Below, one piece after another: positions 9,222-19,064 of a stretch of 59,250 nt of DNA. Below the pieces are notes generated by a model, which saw nothing but the letters and a program-made list of their open reading frames with translations, was not told the DNA's origin and searched no databases. A program made the position numbers and the translations under genes. Source of the stretch: Bacteroidota bacterium (lineage in GTDB: Bacteria; Bacteroidota; Bacteroidia; AKYH767-A; OLB10); assembly GCA_046052065.1 (NCBI GenBank), contig JBJOND010000005.1:1-59250 (forward strand). Reading direction: 5' to 3'. Each line of letters begins with the position of its first letter. Position 1 is the stretch's first letter.

Positions 9222-12097
9222 GTTTACAAAGTGAAGCCCTTTTAGAAAATAATTTAATCAAGCAATTAACTAGCTTAGGTTATGCGTCCGTAAATATACA
9301 GGATAGTGATGTCCTAGTGGCTAATTTAAAATTACAGTTAGAGCACTTCAATCAAACAACCTTCTCTGCAAAAGAATTTGATGCTATTTTAAATCACTTA
9401 GCCAAAGGCAACGAGTTTATAAAAGCAAAAACATTAAGAGACCGCTTTGCTATTGTAAAAGAAAATGGAGAAACCGTTTATGTGCGCTTTTTTAATAATG
9501 AAGATTGGAGTAAAAATATTTACCAGGTTACTAATCAGGTTCAACAGCAAGGTTCATTTTTAAATCGCTACGATGTTACGTTACTCGTTAATGGCTTGCC
9601 GTTAGTACAGATAGAACTAAAACGAGCAGGCATCGAAATTAAAGAAGCCTTTAATCAAATTAACCGTTACCAGCATCATTCATTTTGGAGCAACTACGGC
9701 TTATTTCAATATGTGCAGTTATTTGTAATCAGCAACGGAGTAAACACAAAATACCTTGCAAATAACAAACTACAATCGGTTAAGCAAACCTTCTTCTGGG
9801 CCGATGAAAAAAATAAAAACATCACCGACCTTACGCAATTTGCAACTGCGTTTTTAAATACCAGTCACTTAGGTAAGTTCATATCACATTACGTGGTAAT
9901 CAATGAAACTTTTAAGAACATGATGGTATTGCGTCCGTATCAATACTACGCAACCGAAGCCATAATTCGTCAGGTAGCTACAAGCAATAACAATGGTTAT
10001 ATCTGGCATACCACCGGCTCAGGTAAAACATTAACCTCGTTTAAGGCAAGTCAAATTATTATGGATTTGCCACAAGTACATAAAGTGGTTTTTGTAGTCG
10101 ATCGTAAAGATTTAGATTATCAAACCATGCAGGAGTTTAACAGCTTCAAAAAAGGCAGCGTAGACGTTACCAACAATACTACTTCCTTAGTTAAACAGCT
10201 CACAGACGATACTAAGCTCGTGCTTACTACCATTCAAAAGTTAAACAATGCGATATCAAAACAGCATTATGAAACTAAAATGGGAAATCTGAAAGACAAA
10301 AAAATTGTTTTCATTTTTGATGAATGTCATCGTTCGCAGTTTGGTGATACCCACGATAGAATTGTTACCTATTTTAAAAATGCACAACTATTTGGCTTTA
10401 CAGGCACACCCATATTTGCTGAAAACGCCAGTAAAAACGAATTAGGAAAACGCACCACCAAAGATTTGTTTGGAACTTGTCTGCATAAATATGTAATCAC
10501 AGATGCTATCCGCGACCAAAACGTTTTAAAATTTGGTATTGAGTACATTGGTAAATACAAAAACAAAAGCAAAACATTTATTGATATCGAAGTAGAAGAT
10601 ATTGATAAAGCAGAAGTGCTGGATTCACCAAAGCGTTTAGAAAAAATTGCTGATTATATTATCAAGTACCATAACCAAAAAACTTTTAATCGTGAGTACT
10701 CTTCTTTGTTTGCTGTAAGCAGCATTGAAAATTTAATTAAGTATTACGAAATTTTTAAAAGAAAGAAAGAATCAGGTGAACACGATTTGCGCATTGCTAC
10801 CATTTACACCTACGGAGTAAACGAAGATGATGCAGATGCACAAGATATATTACCTGGTGAGGATTCGTTTTTTGCAATGGCCGCCGATCCACAATTAGGT
10901 TATGAAACCAAACATACAAGAGATAAATTAGAAAATTTTATTTCCGATTATAACGCGCAATACGGAACTAATTTTTCTACAAAAGATAATTTGCTGTTTG
11001 AAGGATATTTCAAAGATATTAGCAAGCGACTAAAAGAACGCGAGAAAGAAAATTTCGATGACGATAAAGATCGTCTAGATGTTTTGTTAGTCGTAAACAT
11101 GTTTCTTACAGGCTTTGATGCGAAAAAAGTAAACACCCTTTACGTAGATAAGAACTTAAAGCATCACGGATTAATACAAGCTTATTCCAGAACCAACAGA
11201 ATATTTGGAGAAAAGAAATCACAAGGCAACATACTTTGTTTTAGAAATTTAAAAGCTTCTACCGATGAGGCCATCACCCTGTTTTCAAACAAAGAAGCTA
11301 TTGAAGATATTGTTCTTCCTCCTTACGAAGCCATAGAAAACAAATTCAAAGAAGCATTAGATAGATTACTGTCGATAGTTCCTACGTATCAATCGGTAGA
11401 TGATTTAGAGAGTGAAGATGACGAGTTGCAATTTATTCAAGCATTTAGAGCATTACTACGCGCTAAAAACGTATTGGAATCCTACACCGATTTTACGTGG
11501 AACGACTTAGGAATTGACGAACAAACTTTTGAAAACTACAAAAGCAAATACCTCGACCTTTACGATAAAGTAAAAAAAGATACAGCCAAACAAAAAGCAT
11601 CCATCTTAGATGATATCGATTTTGAAGTAGAGCTTATTCATCGTGATCAAATTAATGTAGCTTACATTTTAAAGTTATTAGCCAAATTAAAAGGAGCTAA
11701 AACATCAGAAACGCAACAGCAACGTAAAGCCATTATGGAATTACTCGGTGGCGATGTGATGTTAAGAAGCAAGCGCGAGTTAATTGAAAAGTTCATCTTA
11801 GAAAACTTACCAATCATTAGTGATGCAGATAACATCCCTGATGAATTTGAGAAATACTGGCACGACCAAAAAGTATTAGCATTAGGTAAACTATGTGATG
11901 TTGAGAACTTGGATCAAGAGCAATTCAAAGCCTTAATTGACGCTTACATTTTCAGTGGACAAGATCCTCTTCGCGATGAAGTATTCAAATGCATCGGTAA
12001 CCGTCCGAGTATTTTAAAAGCAAAAGAAATTGGCGAGCGCATCATTCATAAAATGAAAGAATACGTTGAGGTGTTTGTAAAAGGGATGGTGGCTTAA
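9218..12097 (+). CDS. hsdR: Type I R-M restriction subunit R (EcoR124-like family)
   Basis: YDVTLLVNGLPLVQIELK nuclease motif, HTTGSGKT Walker A, DECHR, FTGTP, MFLTGFD and QAYSRTNR helicase motifs. Confidence 0.97.
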   Translation: MSLQSEALLENNLIKQLTSLGYASVNIQDSDVLVANLKLQLEHFNQTTFSAKEFDAILNHLAKGNEFIKAKTLRDRFAIVKENGETVYVRFFNNEDWSKNIYQVTNQVQQQGSFLNRYDVTLLVNGLPLVQIELKRAGIEIKEAFNQINRYQHHSFWSNYGLFQYVQLFVISNGVNTKYLANNKLQSVKQTFFWADEKNKNITDLTQFATAFLNTSHLGKFISHYVVINETFKNMMVLRPYQYYATEAIIRQVATSNNNGYIWHTTGSGKTLTSFKASQIIMDLPQVHKVVFVVDRKDLDYQTMQEFNSFKKGSVDVTNNTTSLVKQLTDDTKLVLTTIQKLNNAISKQHYETKMGNLKDKKIVFIFDECHRSQFGDTHDRIVTYFKNAQLFGFTGTPIFAENASKNELGKRTTKDLFGTCLHKYVITDAIRDQNVLKFGIEYIGKYKNKSKTFIDIEVEDIDKAEVLDSPKRLEKIADYIIKYHNQKTFNREYSSLFAVSSIENLIKYYEIFKRKKESGEHDLRIATIYTYGVNEDDADAQDILPGEDSFFAMAADPQLGYETKHTRDKLENFISDYNAQYGTNFSTKDNLLFEGYFKDISKRLKEREKENFDDDKDRLDVLLVVNMFLTGFDAKKVNTLYVDKNLKHHGLIQAYSRTNRIFGEKKSQGNILCFRNLKASTDEAITLFSNKEAIEDIVLPPYEAIENKFKEALDRLLSIVPTYQSVDDLESEDDELQFIQAFRALLRAKNVLESYTDFTWNDLGIDEQTFENYKSKYLDLYDKVKKDTAKQKASILDDIDFEVELIHRDQINVAYILKLLAKLKGAKTSETQQQRKAIMELLGGDVMLRSKRELIEKFILENLPIISDADNIPDEFEKYWHDQKVLALGKLCDVENLDQEQFKALIDAYIFSGQDPLRDEVFKCIGNRPSILKAKEIGERIIHKMKEYVEVFVKGMVA

Positions 12098-12213
12098 CAT
12101 GGACACCCATTAATCTAGGAAAGGCCTGCAATAAAATCAGAATTTATAAAAATGTCAATGGAAAAATTTATGGTTATGCTATTGGCGTGGATGTAATGAA
12201 GGGAGAGTTTTGA
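12085..12213 (+). pseudogene. 3' remnant of a BNR/Asp-box (YCF48-like beta-propeller) gene overlapping the hsdR stop
   Basis: Frame 12085-12213 reads DGGLTWTPINLGKACNKIRIYKNVNGKIYGYAIGVDVMKGEF*. DGGxTW is an Asp-box. There is no usable start, and an in-frame TGA sits at 12067-12069. Confidence 0.6.
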
Positions 12214-12220
12214 TTTTCAC

Positions 12221-12228
12221 TAATTTTG
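12221..12228 (+). promoter_or_regulatory. Candidate -7 element (TAATTTTG) for the ABC operon
   Basis: Matches TAnnTTTG about 80 nt upstream of the ATG at 12308. Confidence 0.4.
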
Positions 12229-12307
12229 TTTCGCTCAGTTAGATGTTATAATAGTTGCAACTACATTTTACAAAACCAAAAATATCATTTATATACCTAC
12301 TCAAATT

Positions 12308-13180
12308 ATGGATTTAGTAATCAAAAATCTCAACAAGCAATATAGCAATGGTGTACATGCCATGAACGATGTAACTCTTACCATCAACAAAGGTATGTTT
12401 GGTTTGTTAGGACCGAATGGCGCTGGCAAATCATCATTGATGCGCACCCTAGCAACACTACAAAATGCTGATAGTGGTTCAGTAATGCTTGGTGATATTG
12501 ATGTTTTAAACGACCAAGAATCAGTAAGGAAAATCTTGGGCTATTTGCCACAAGAGTTTGGTGTATATCCTAGAACATCGGCTGTTGACTTACTCGAACA
12601 TTTAGCTATTCTAAAAGGATTTAGCAATGGCAGTGAGCGAAAAGATATGGTTGATCAATTGCTCAACAAAGTAAATTTATATGAACATCGCAAAAAAGCA
12701 GTGAGTAGTTACAGTGGTGGAATCCGCCAACGATTTGGTATTGCACAGTGTTTAATTGGCAACCCTAAATTGGTAATTGTGGATGAACCAACTGCTGGAT
12801 TAGATCCAGGCGAACGTAATCGTTTCTACAACATATTAAGTGAAATTGGTGAAAACATCATTGTAATTTTATCTACGCATATTGTACAAGATGTAAGAGA
12901 ACTTTGCACACAAATGGCAATCATGAACAAGGGTAAAGTCTTGTTTTGTGGCAATACTGATGACGCCTTACTTCAAATAAAAGGAAAAGTTTGGGAACGA
13001 AAAGTGGATAAAGGTCAATTACAAGATTTTCAAACTAATTATAAAATTATTTCCAGCAAATTGGTTGGAGGAAAACCTTTAATTCATGCATTTTCTGAAA
13101 ATGAATTAGGCAACGGATTTACAAAAGCGGAAGAAAATTTAGAAGATGTATTTTTCGCAAAACTGAATGAATTAGTTTAA
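12308..13180 (+). CDS. ABC transporter ATP-binding protein
   Basis: GPNGAGKS Walker A, YSGGIRQR signature, IVDEPTAGLD Walker B and STH switch. Confidence 0.95.
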   Translation: MDLVIKNLNKQYSNGVHAMNDVTLTINKGMFGLLGPNGAGKSSLMRTLATLQNADSGSVMLGDIDVLNDQESVRKILGYLPQEFGVYPRTSAVDLLEHLAILKGFSNGSERKDMVDQLLNKVNLYEHRKKAVSSYSGGIRQRFGIAQCLIGNPKLVIVDEPTAGLDPGERNRFYNILSEIGENIIVILSTHIVQDVRELCTQMAIMNKGKVLFCGNTDDALLQIKGKVWERKVDKGQLQDFQTNYKIISSKLVGGKPLIHAFSENELGNGFTKAEENLEDVFFAKLNELV

Positions 13181-13198
13181 TACCAACCGAAAAACTTT

Positions 13199-16100
13199 AT
13201 GTGGAAATTTATAAAACACGAATGGAAATATTGGCTCAATTCGCCAATGACATGGATCTTTTTATTCATCATCACTATTTTGGTGATGGGTGCTGTATCA
13301 TCTGACAGCGTCACTATTGGTGGTGGTGTAGGTAGCGTTCATAAAAATGCGCCATTTGTAATTCAAACTTATTACGGAGTAATGTCGCTCATTTGTTTGT
13401 TAATGACGACTGCATTTATGAATGCTTCAGCCAACAGAGACTTTTCAAGTGGCATGTATCAATTTATTTTTTCATCGCCTATCAAAAAACGAGATTATTA
13501 TTTCGGAAAATTTATTGGTGCTGCAAGTATAGCGGTATTACCACTTTTAGGTGTTTCTATTGGTGCATTGATTGGACCGTTGATGCCATGGGCAGAACCA
13601 AACCGCTATGGCGACGTTATTTGGAGCGGACATTTACAAGGCCTAATTACATTTGGAATTCCCAATACAATTATTGCTGCTGTACTTTTGTATTCGTTAG
13701 CAATTATTTTTCGAAGCAATATTGTTTCATTTGTTGGAGCAATGCTGATATTAGTATTGTATGCTGTATCTGCAGGCTTCACTAGAGATATTGAAAAAGA
13801 ATGGTTGGCAAATATTTTAGATCCATTTGGCTTTCGTCCTGAAACAATCATTTCAAAATACATGACGGTCGATGAAAAAAATGCTCATGGCGTTCCGCTA
13901 GTTGGTGCTTTGTTGATTAACCGTTTGGTATGGCTATCGATAAGTTTTTTGATTTTAATTGTGGCTTACTTCAAATTTTCATTCAGCGCAAAAAATGAAT
14001 CAGCTAAAAAAGCAAAAACGAAGGATTCAAAAATTGAATCGTTAAATAGTACTAATCGTATTTATGCAGCAAATACTGCTAGTCAATTCTCGCTTTCAGC
14101 TTTGTGGTTTTTAATAAAGTTTGAAAAAAAAGCAATTATTAATAACTCTACGTTCATCATCATTGTTGTTATTGGCTTAATGAATTTAGTCGCATCGTTA
14201 ACAACATTTTCGGGTGGCTATGGAATAGAGCAATATCCTGTTACCTATAATGTAATTGATCTCATTAACGGTTCATTTTATTTATTCCTTATTGCCATTA
14301 TTACCTTTTATACAGGTGTGTTAGTATGGAAGGAACGCGATGCGAAAATAAATGAAATACAAGACGCTACTCCTATTCAAACATCACTGCTGTTCGTTTC
14401 GAAATTAGCAGCTATCATTTTTTCGATTGCCTTGATTTTGTCTTGCACAATATTTATTGGCATAATCGCACAAGCATGTATGGGATATCATCGTTATGAA
14501 ATTGATGTATATGTTAAATCCTTGCTAATAAAAGATTTACTCTCTTTCTCTTACCTTGTAATCATTTCTTTGTTTTTCCATTACCTAATCAACAATCGTT
14601 ATATCGCTTACTTTGCATTTGTAGCCTTTGTTATTTTGAATTCATTTGTTTGGGGTGTTTTAAAAATCAATTCTAATCTTGTAAAATTTGGAGGAACTCC
14701 CACTGTTACCTATTCCGACATGAATGGATTTGGTCCGTTTGTACCTTCAAGTATATGGTTCAATATTTATTGGACAATTGCTTCTGTGTTGATTGGCTTT
14801 GTAATTTTTTCATTCTATATACGAGGTAAAGAAACTGGCTTTAGACATCGACTTGTAAACTCAAAATATTTATTGAGCAAAAATAAAATCGCCATTGGCT
14901 TATGTGCAATTGTGTTCGTGCTGTGTTGCAGTTTCATGTATTACAATACTAAAGTGGTAAACGAATACACGTCTGGTCAAGAGCAAGAAAACGATCAAGT
15001 TGATTATGAAAAAAAATATAAAAAATATGAAACGTTAGTTCAGCCACGTTTCTATAAATACAATTACAATATCGATTTGATGCCATACGAGCGCAGCATG
15101 AGTGCTAATGTAGAAGCTTGGGCAAGAAATATTTCTAATCAACCGATAACTGAATTACATTTTACAATGCCTCAGGTACCTGATTCAGTAAAAATATTAA
15201 TCGAAAGCAGCAAATTAAAATTGAATGATAGTCGATTAGGTTATCGCATATATACGTTAGTAAAACCTTTGCAACCCAACGATTCAATCATGATTAAATT
15301 TGATGTGAGTCGTATCACAAAAGGATTTGAGAACGAAGTAACATTTACGCAACTTACGCAAAATGGAACATTCTTTAACAACAGAGATATATTACCCACT
15401 TTTGGTTATGAAAACGCGTATGAAATCAGCGATAAAAACAAGCGTATAAAATTAAAGTTGCCTCCTCGTTTGCGCATGCCTAAATTGAATGAACAAGATT
15501 TAAGCGCAAGAGCAAATACATACATTAGCAACTGTTCTGATTGGGTGGAATTAAACACAACTATCAGTACCACTAAAGACCAAATAGCAATTGCTCCTGG
15601 CAGTTTAATTAAGTCTTGGGAGGCAAATGGCAAAAAATATTTCAATTATCAGCTCGAACAAAAATCATTGGATTTCTATTCATTCATTTCGGCGAAATAT
15701 GAAGTGAAAAGAAAACGTTGGAATGGAATTGATTTGGAAGTTTATTATATCAAAGAGCATGAATACAATGTACCCAATATGCTCAATAGTTTACAAAAGT
15801 CAATTGACTACTACACGAGCAATTTTGGGAAATATTACCACAAGCAATGTAGAATTATTGAGTTCCCACGTTATGCAAGTTTTGCGCAAGCATTCCCAGG
15901 TACTATGCCTTATAGCGAAGGAATTGGTTTTATCATCGATGAAAGAAACGTTACCAAAGATGATATTGACCAAGTGTTCTATGTGGTAGCGCATGAAATG
16001 GCACATCAATATTGGGCGCATCAACTATGTGGCGCTAATATGCAAGGTAGTGAAATGATGAGTGAAGGATTTGCACAATATTCTGCTTTGATGGTTATGG

Positions 16101-16774
16101 AAAAAGAATACGGCAAGGATAAAATGAAGAAGTTTTTGAAGTATGAAATGGATGGCTATTTAAGGGGAAGAAGCAGTGAGTTTGAAGCAGAAAGACCTTT
16201 AATTAAAACAGAATCGCAACAGTATATTCATTATCAAAAAGCGAGTGTGGTTATGTACTATTTAAAGGAAATGATTGGCGATAAGAAAGTGAATGAAGCC
16301 TTAAAATCCCTGATAGATTCTTTTGCATACAAGCAACCACCCTATCCAACATCAATTTCAGCAGTCAATGCTTTTAGAAAAGTAACACCTGATAGCTTAC
16401 AATATCTAATTGATGATATGTTTGAAAACATCACTATTTTTTCCAACAGAACAATCGACACAAAGTATAAAAAGGTAGGTCAAGAATATGAAGTTACAAT
16501 AACAACTACATCTGAAAAGTTCAGAGCTGATTCTTTAGGAAATGAAAAAAATAGAATTTTGAATGATTATATTGATGTAGGCATCTTCGCAGAGCCAAGT
16601 AATAAAAATAACTTGGGTAAAGTTCTAGTTTATCAACGCATGAGAATAAATAAAAAAGATAACACTTTTGTATTTAGAACGAAAGAAAAACCATATCAAG
16701 CAGGTATTGATCCATACAACTATTTAATTGATCGAATTCCAGATGATAATATTAAGAAGCTGGAGGAATTGTAA
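13199..16774 (+). CDS. ABC-2-type permease fused to an M1 (gluzincin) aminopeptidase domain
   Basis: About 12-14 hydrophobic segments in the first ~580 aa, then a soluble domain with AQAFPGTMPYSE, HEMAH...SEGFAQY and YQKA. Confidence 0.88.
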   Translation: MWKFIKHEWKYWLNSPMTWIFLFIITILVMGAVSSDSVTIGGGVGSVHKNAPFVIQTYYGVMSLICLLMTTAFMNASANRDFSSGMYQFIFSSPIKKRDYYFGKFIGAASIAVLPLLGVSIGALIGPLMPWAEPNRYGDVIWSGHLQGLITFGIPNTIIAAVLLYSLAIIFRSNIVSFVGAMLILVLYAVSAGFTRDIEKEWLANILDPFGFRPETIISKYMTVDEKNAHGVPLVGALLINRLVWLSISFLILIVAYFKFSFSAKNESAKKAKTKDSKIESLNSTNRIYAANTASQFSLSALWFLIKFEKKAIINNSTFIIIVVIGLMNLVASLTTFSGGYGIEQYPVTYNVIDLINGSFYLFLIAIITFYTGVLVWKERDAKINEIQDATPIQTSLLFVSKLAAIIFSIALILSCTIFIGIIAQACMGYHRYEIDVYVKSLLIKDLLSFSYLVIISLFFHYLINNRYIAYFAFVAFVILNSFVWGVLKINSNLVKFGGTPTVTYSDMNGFGPFVPSSIWFNIYWTIASVLIGFVIFSFYIRGKETGFRHRLVNSKYLLSKNKIAIGLCAIVFVLCCSFMYYNTKVVNEYTSGQEQENDQVDYEKKYKKYETLVQPRFYKYNYNIDLMPYERSMSANVEAWARNISNQPITELHFTMPQVPDSVKILIESSKLKLNDSRLGYRIYTLVKPLQPNDSIMIKFDVSRITKGFENEVTFTQLTQNGTFFNNRDILPTFGYENAYEISDKNKRIKLKLPPRLRMPKLNEQDLSARANTYISNCSDWVELNTTISTTKDQIAIAPGSLIKSWEANGKKYFNYQLEQKSLDFYSFISAKYEVKRKRWNGIDLEVYYIKEHEYNVPNMLNSLQKSIDYYTSNFGKYYHKQCRIIEFPRYASFAQAFPGTMPYSEGIGFIIDERNVTKDDIDQVFYVVAHEMAHQYWAHQLCGANMQGSEMMSEGFAQYSALMVMEKEYGKDKMKKFLKYEMDGYLRGRSSEFEAERPLIKTESQQYIHYQKASVVMYYLKEMIGDKKVNEALKSLIDSFAYKQPPYPTSISAVNAFRKVTPDSLQYLIDDMFENITIFSNRTIDTKYKKVGQEYEVTITTTSEKFRADSLGNEKNRILNDYIDVGIFAEPSNKNNLGKVLVYQRMRINKKDNTFVFRTKEKPYQAGIDPYNYLIDRIPDDNIKKLEEL

Positions 16775-16891
16775 GTAATTTATAAAGCGACATTAGAACA
16801 GGAATTAGAAGAATAAATAAAAAGCAATTTCTACTTTTAAATACAGTAATTTACAAATAGAAATAGTGTAACCTAAGATATTAAAGCTCAT

Positions 16892-16922
16892 AAAAAAATC
16901 CCCGCTCACGCAGGGATTTTTT
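16892..16922. terminator. Bidirectional intrinsic terminator
   Basis: AAAAAAATCCC-N10-GGGATTTTTT between convergent genes. Confidence 0.7.
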
Positions 16923-16943
16923 ATTTACTCAGAAAATTATTTT

Positions 16944-17864
16944 TTATTTCTTATCTTCCGACATCAACGTATCCATACCCATCATCTGACGCATTGTTTT
17001 TTGCATTCCTTCAGGAGAGCCATCCAAGAATAAAACATTTCCTTTTCCATACTCTGCAAAATTCTTAATTGCTTCTGTCCACATCGAAAACATAATCATC
17101 GATGTATCCAAGTTTGCCTGTTGCATTTCGCGTGCAGCATTCTGCATACCCTTAGCCACCTCTTCTCTGAATAACGCAACTCCTTGTCCGCGTAACTGTG
17201 CAGCCTCACGCTCTGCTTGCGCTGCAATTTTAATTGCATTACCTTCTGCTTCTGCCGATTTTGTTTTAGTAATTAATAAAGCTTGTCCTTCGTTTTCAGC
17301 TGCTGCTTTTAAATTGTTTGATGCAACCACTTTACTCATCGATACCATTACTGCTTCATCAAATGTAATATCGTTGATTTGTAAATCTTGTAAGTGATAT
17401 CCCCACTCTTCAATTACATTATCAATTTGCTCTTTTACGTGATCTACGATTTCACGACGAAGTCCTAATACTTCCGACTGCTTTTTAGTAGCAACGAAAG
17501 CACGAATATTTCCTTCAATCGTTCTGATTAATGCTTGCATTAAATTCTTTTCATCGATGAACTTAAATGCTACTTTCTTAATTGTTTCTTCTTCGCTATC
17601 AATTACCGAAAATAAAATCATCGATTTAAAATACACATTCGCCTGATCGACAGTTACTGCCTGGAACTCCAACTCAACAGAACGATTCTGAGTTGATATT
17701 TTTTTGAAGACAGTTTCGATAAACGGAATAATAAAATTTAAACCTGGACGAATAATTCGCTGATACTTTCCGAAGATGGTAATAACAGAAACATTTCCTT
17801 GTTGGACTGTTCTCAAGCCCATAAATAGAATCACTACGATTCCAATAATAATTGCTGTTGACAT
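16944..17864 (-). CDS. SPFH (stomatin/prohibitin/band 7) domain protein
   Basis: N-terminal TM, FGKYQRIIRPGLNFIIPFIE, EWGYHLQDLQINDI and an Ala/Glu-rich coiled coil. Confidence 0.9.
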   Translation of the reverse strand: MSTAIIIGIVVILFMGLRTVQQGNVSVITIFGKYQRIIRPGLNFIIPFIETVFKKISTQNRSVELEFQAVTVDQANVYFKSMILFSVIDSEEETIKKVAFKFIDEKNLMQALIRTIEGNIRAFVATKKQSEVLGLRREIVDHVKEQIDNVIEEWGYHLQDLQINDITFDEAVMVSMSKVVASNNLKAAAENEGQALLITKTKSAEAEGNAIKIAAQAEREAAQLRGQGVALFREEVAKGMQNAAREMQQANLDTSMIMFSMWTEAIKNFAEYGKGNVLFLDGSPEGMQKTMRQMMGMDTLMSEDKK

Positions 17865-17880
17865 ATTGATAAAATTTAAA

Positions 17881-18462
17881 TTAATTCCACTTTAATGTTG
17901 AGATCATTTTCATGATATCTTCTTTCGCATATTTAATAGCAGGTGCTAAACTATCGGCATTAGGAGCTGCATTAAAATAAAGTGCGCCTCTTAAAAAATG
18001 ATTAGTACTATCGGTTACAAAAAACTGAATGGGTGATGCTGCATCGCCACCGATTTCATAAAGAATACCACCAACGTTATCATTTACTTTCAATACACTT
18101 TCGTTTATAGAACTTGCACGCGAAGTATGCTTATAAACTAATGTGCGTGTATCTTCTGCGTACTTATTAAAATCACCGTTTAGTTTTTTATACGTCAGAT
18201 AAATCTGTCCATTTAATTTAGGCATTACAATGTAATACCAAAATGGCTCCGACAAGCTATTAGTATCGGGAATAGCAGCTGCGGATGTAGATATATCAAA
18301 TGAATACGGACAATTAGCAGGCTTAAACTCTTTATAAGCATGTGCGGGAAAAGAAATTCGATAATAACCCTTCGGCTTTGGAATAGTATTGTCTTCGTTA
18401 TCGCCACATGCAATAATTACCATTGCTAAAAAAACAAGTACAACAAGCTTCTTGAAATTCAT
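17881..18462 (-). CDS. gldD: Gliding motility lipoprotein GldD (start probably ATG 18462, not 18489)
   Basis: Lipobox IIAC, PKPKGYYRI, GDAASPIQF and HFLRGALYF. Confidence 0.88.
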   Translation of the reverse strand: MNFKKLVVLVFLAMVIIACGDNEDNTIPKPKGYYRISFPAHAYKEFKPANCPYSFDISTSAAAIPDTNSLSEPFWYYIVMPKLNGQIYLTYKKLNGDFNKYAEDTRTLVYKHTSRASSINESVLKVNDNVGGILYEIGGDAASPIQFFVTDSTNHFLRGALYFNAAPNADSLAPAIKYAKEDIMKMISTLKWN

Positions 18463-18475
18463 GGTACAAAGATGC

Positions 18476-18500
18476 AAAAAGAAAGGCATCCGAAGATGCC
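18476..18500 (-). terminator. Intrinsic terminator of ssb
   Basis: On the minus strand: GGCATC-TTCG-GATGCC followed by TTTCTTTTT. Confidence 0.75.
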
Positions 18501-18513
18501 TGGTATTAAAATC

Positions 18514-18930
18514 TTAAAAAGGTTCTTGCGAGCCCTGATCACTAATTGGAGGTTCCTCCATTCCATGATGAACATCGTGATTATTATTTTGTTCGTTTTC
18601 ACGTTTGCTTAGCATAGTCATGTTTTCTGCAATGATTTCTGTCGCATATTTTTTCACACCATCTTTCTCCCAGCTGCGCGTACGCAATTTACCTTCGATA
18701 AAAATCATATGCCCTTTACGTAATTTCAGCTTTTCGGCTGCTTCGGCTAAGCCTCGCCATAGCACAATGTTATGCCATTCGGTTTGATCCTGGCGCTGTC
18801 CATCTTTGTTCTTAAAATATTCGGTGGTGGCCAAAGGAAACTTCGCTACCATAATACCACCTTCCATGTGTCTGAACTCAGGATCTTTTCCTAAGTTTCC
18901 AATTAAAAATACTTTGTTTACTCCCGACAT
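18514..18930 (-). CDS. ssb: Single-stranded DNA-binding protein
   Basis: VNKVFLIGNLGKDPE, TEWHNIV, IEGKLRTRSW and an acidic tail ending in PF. Confidence 0.96.
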   Translation of the reverse strand: MSGVNKVFLIGNLGKDPEFRHMEGGIMVAKFPLATTEYFKNKDGQRQDQTEWHNIVLWRGLAEAAEKLKLRKGHMIFIEGKLRTRSWEKDGVKKYATEIIAENMTMLSKRENEQNNNHDVHHGMEEPPISDQGSQEPF

Positions 18931-18984
18931 AATATATAGTTTGATGAATTACTTATTTACTATGTTCGGCTTGGCTGTGTATAG

Positions 18985-18992
18985 CAAATATA
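18985..18992 (-). promoter_or_regulatory. -7 element (TATATTTG) upstream of ssb
   Basis: Matches TAnnTTTG on the minus strand in the mutY-ssb gap. Confidence 0.5.
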
Positions 18993-19064
18993 ATTAATTA
19001 CTTGAAAGAAAAAACAATAACCTTTGATGATAATAGAAATATTACACTAAATGTTCGCCCGCAC

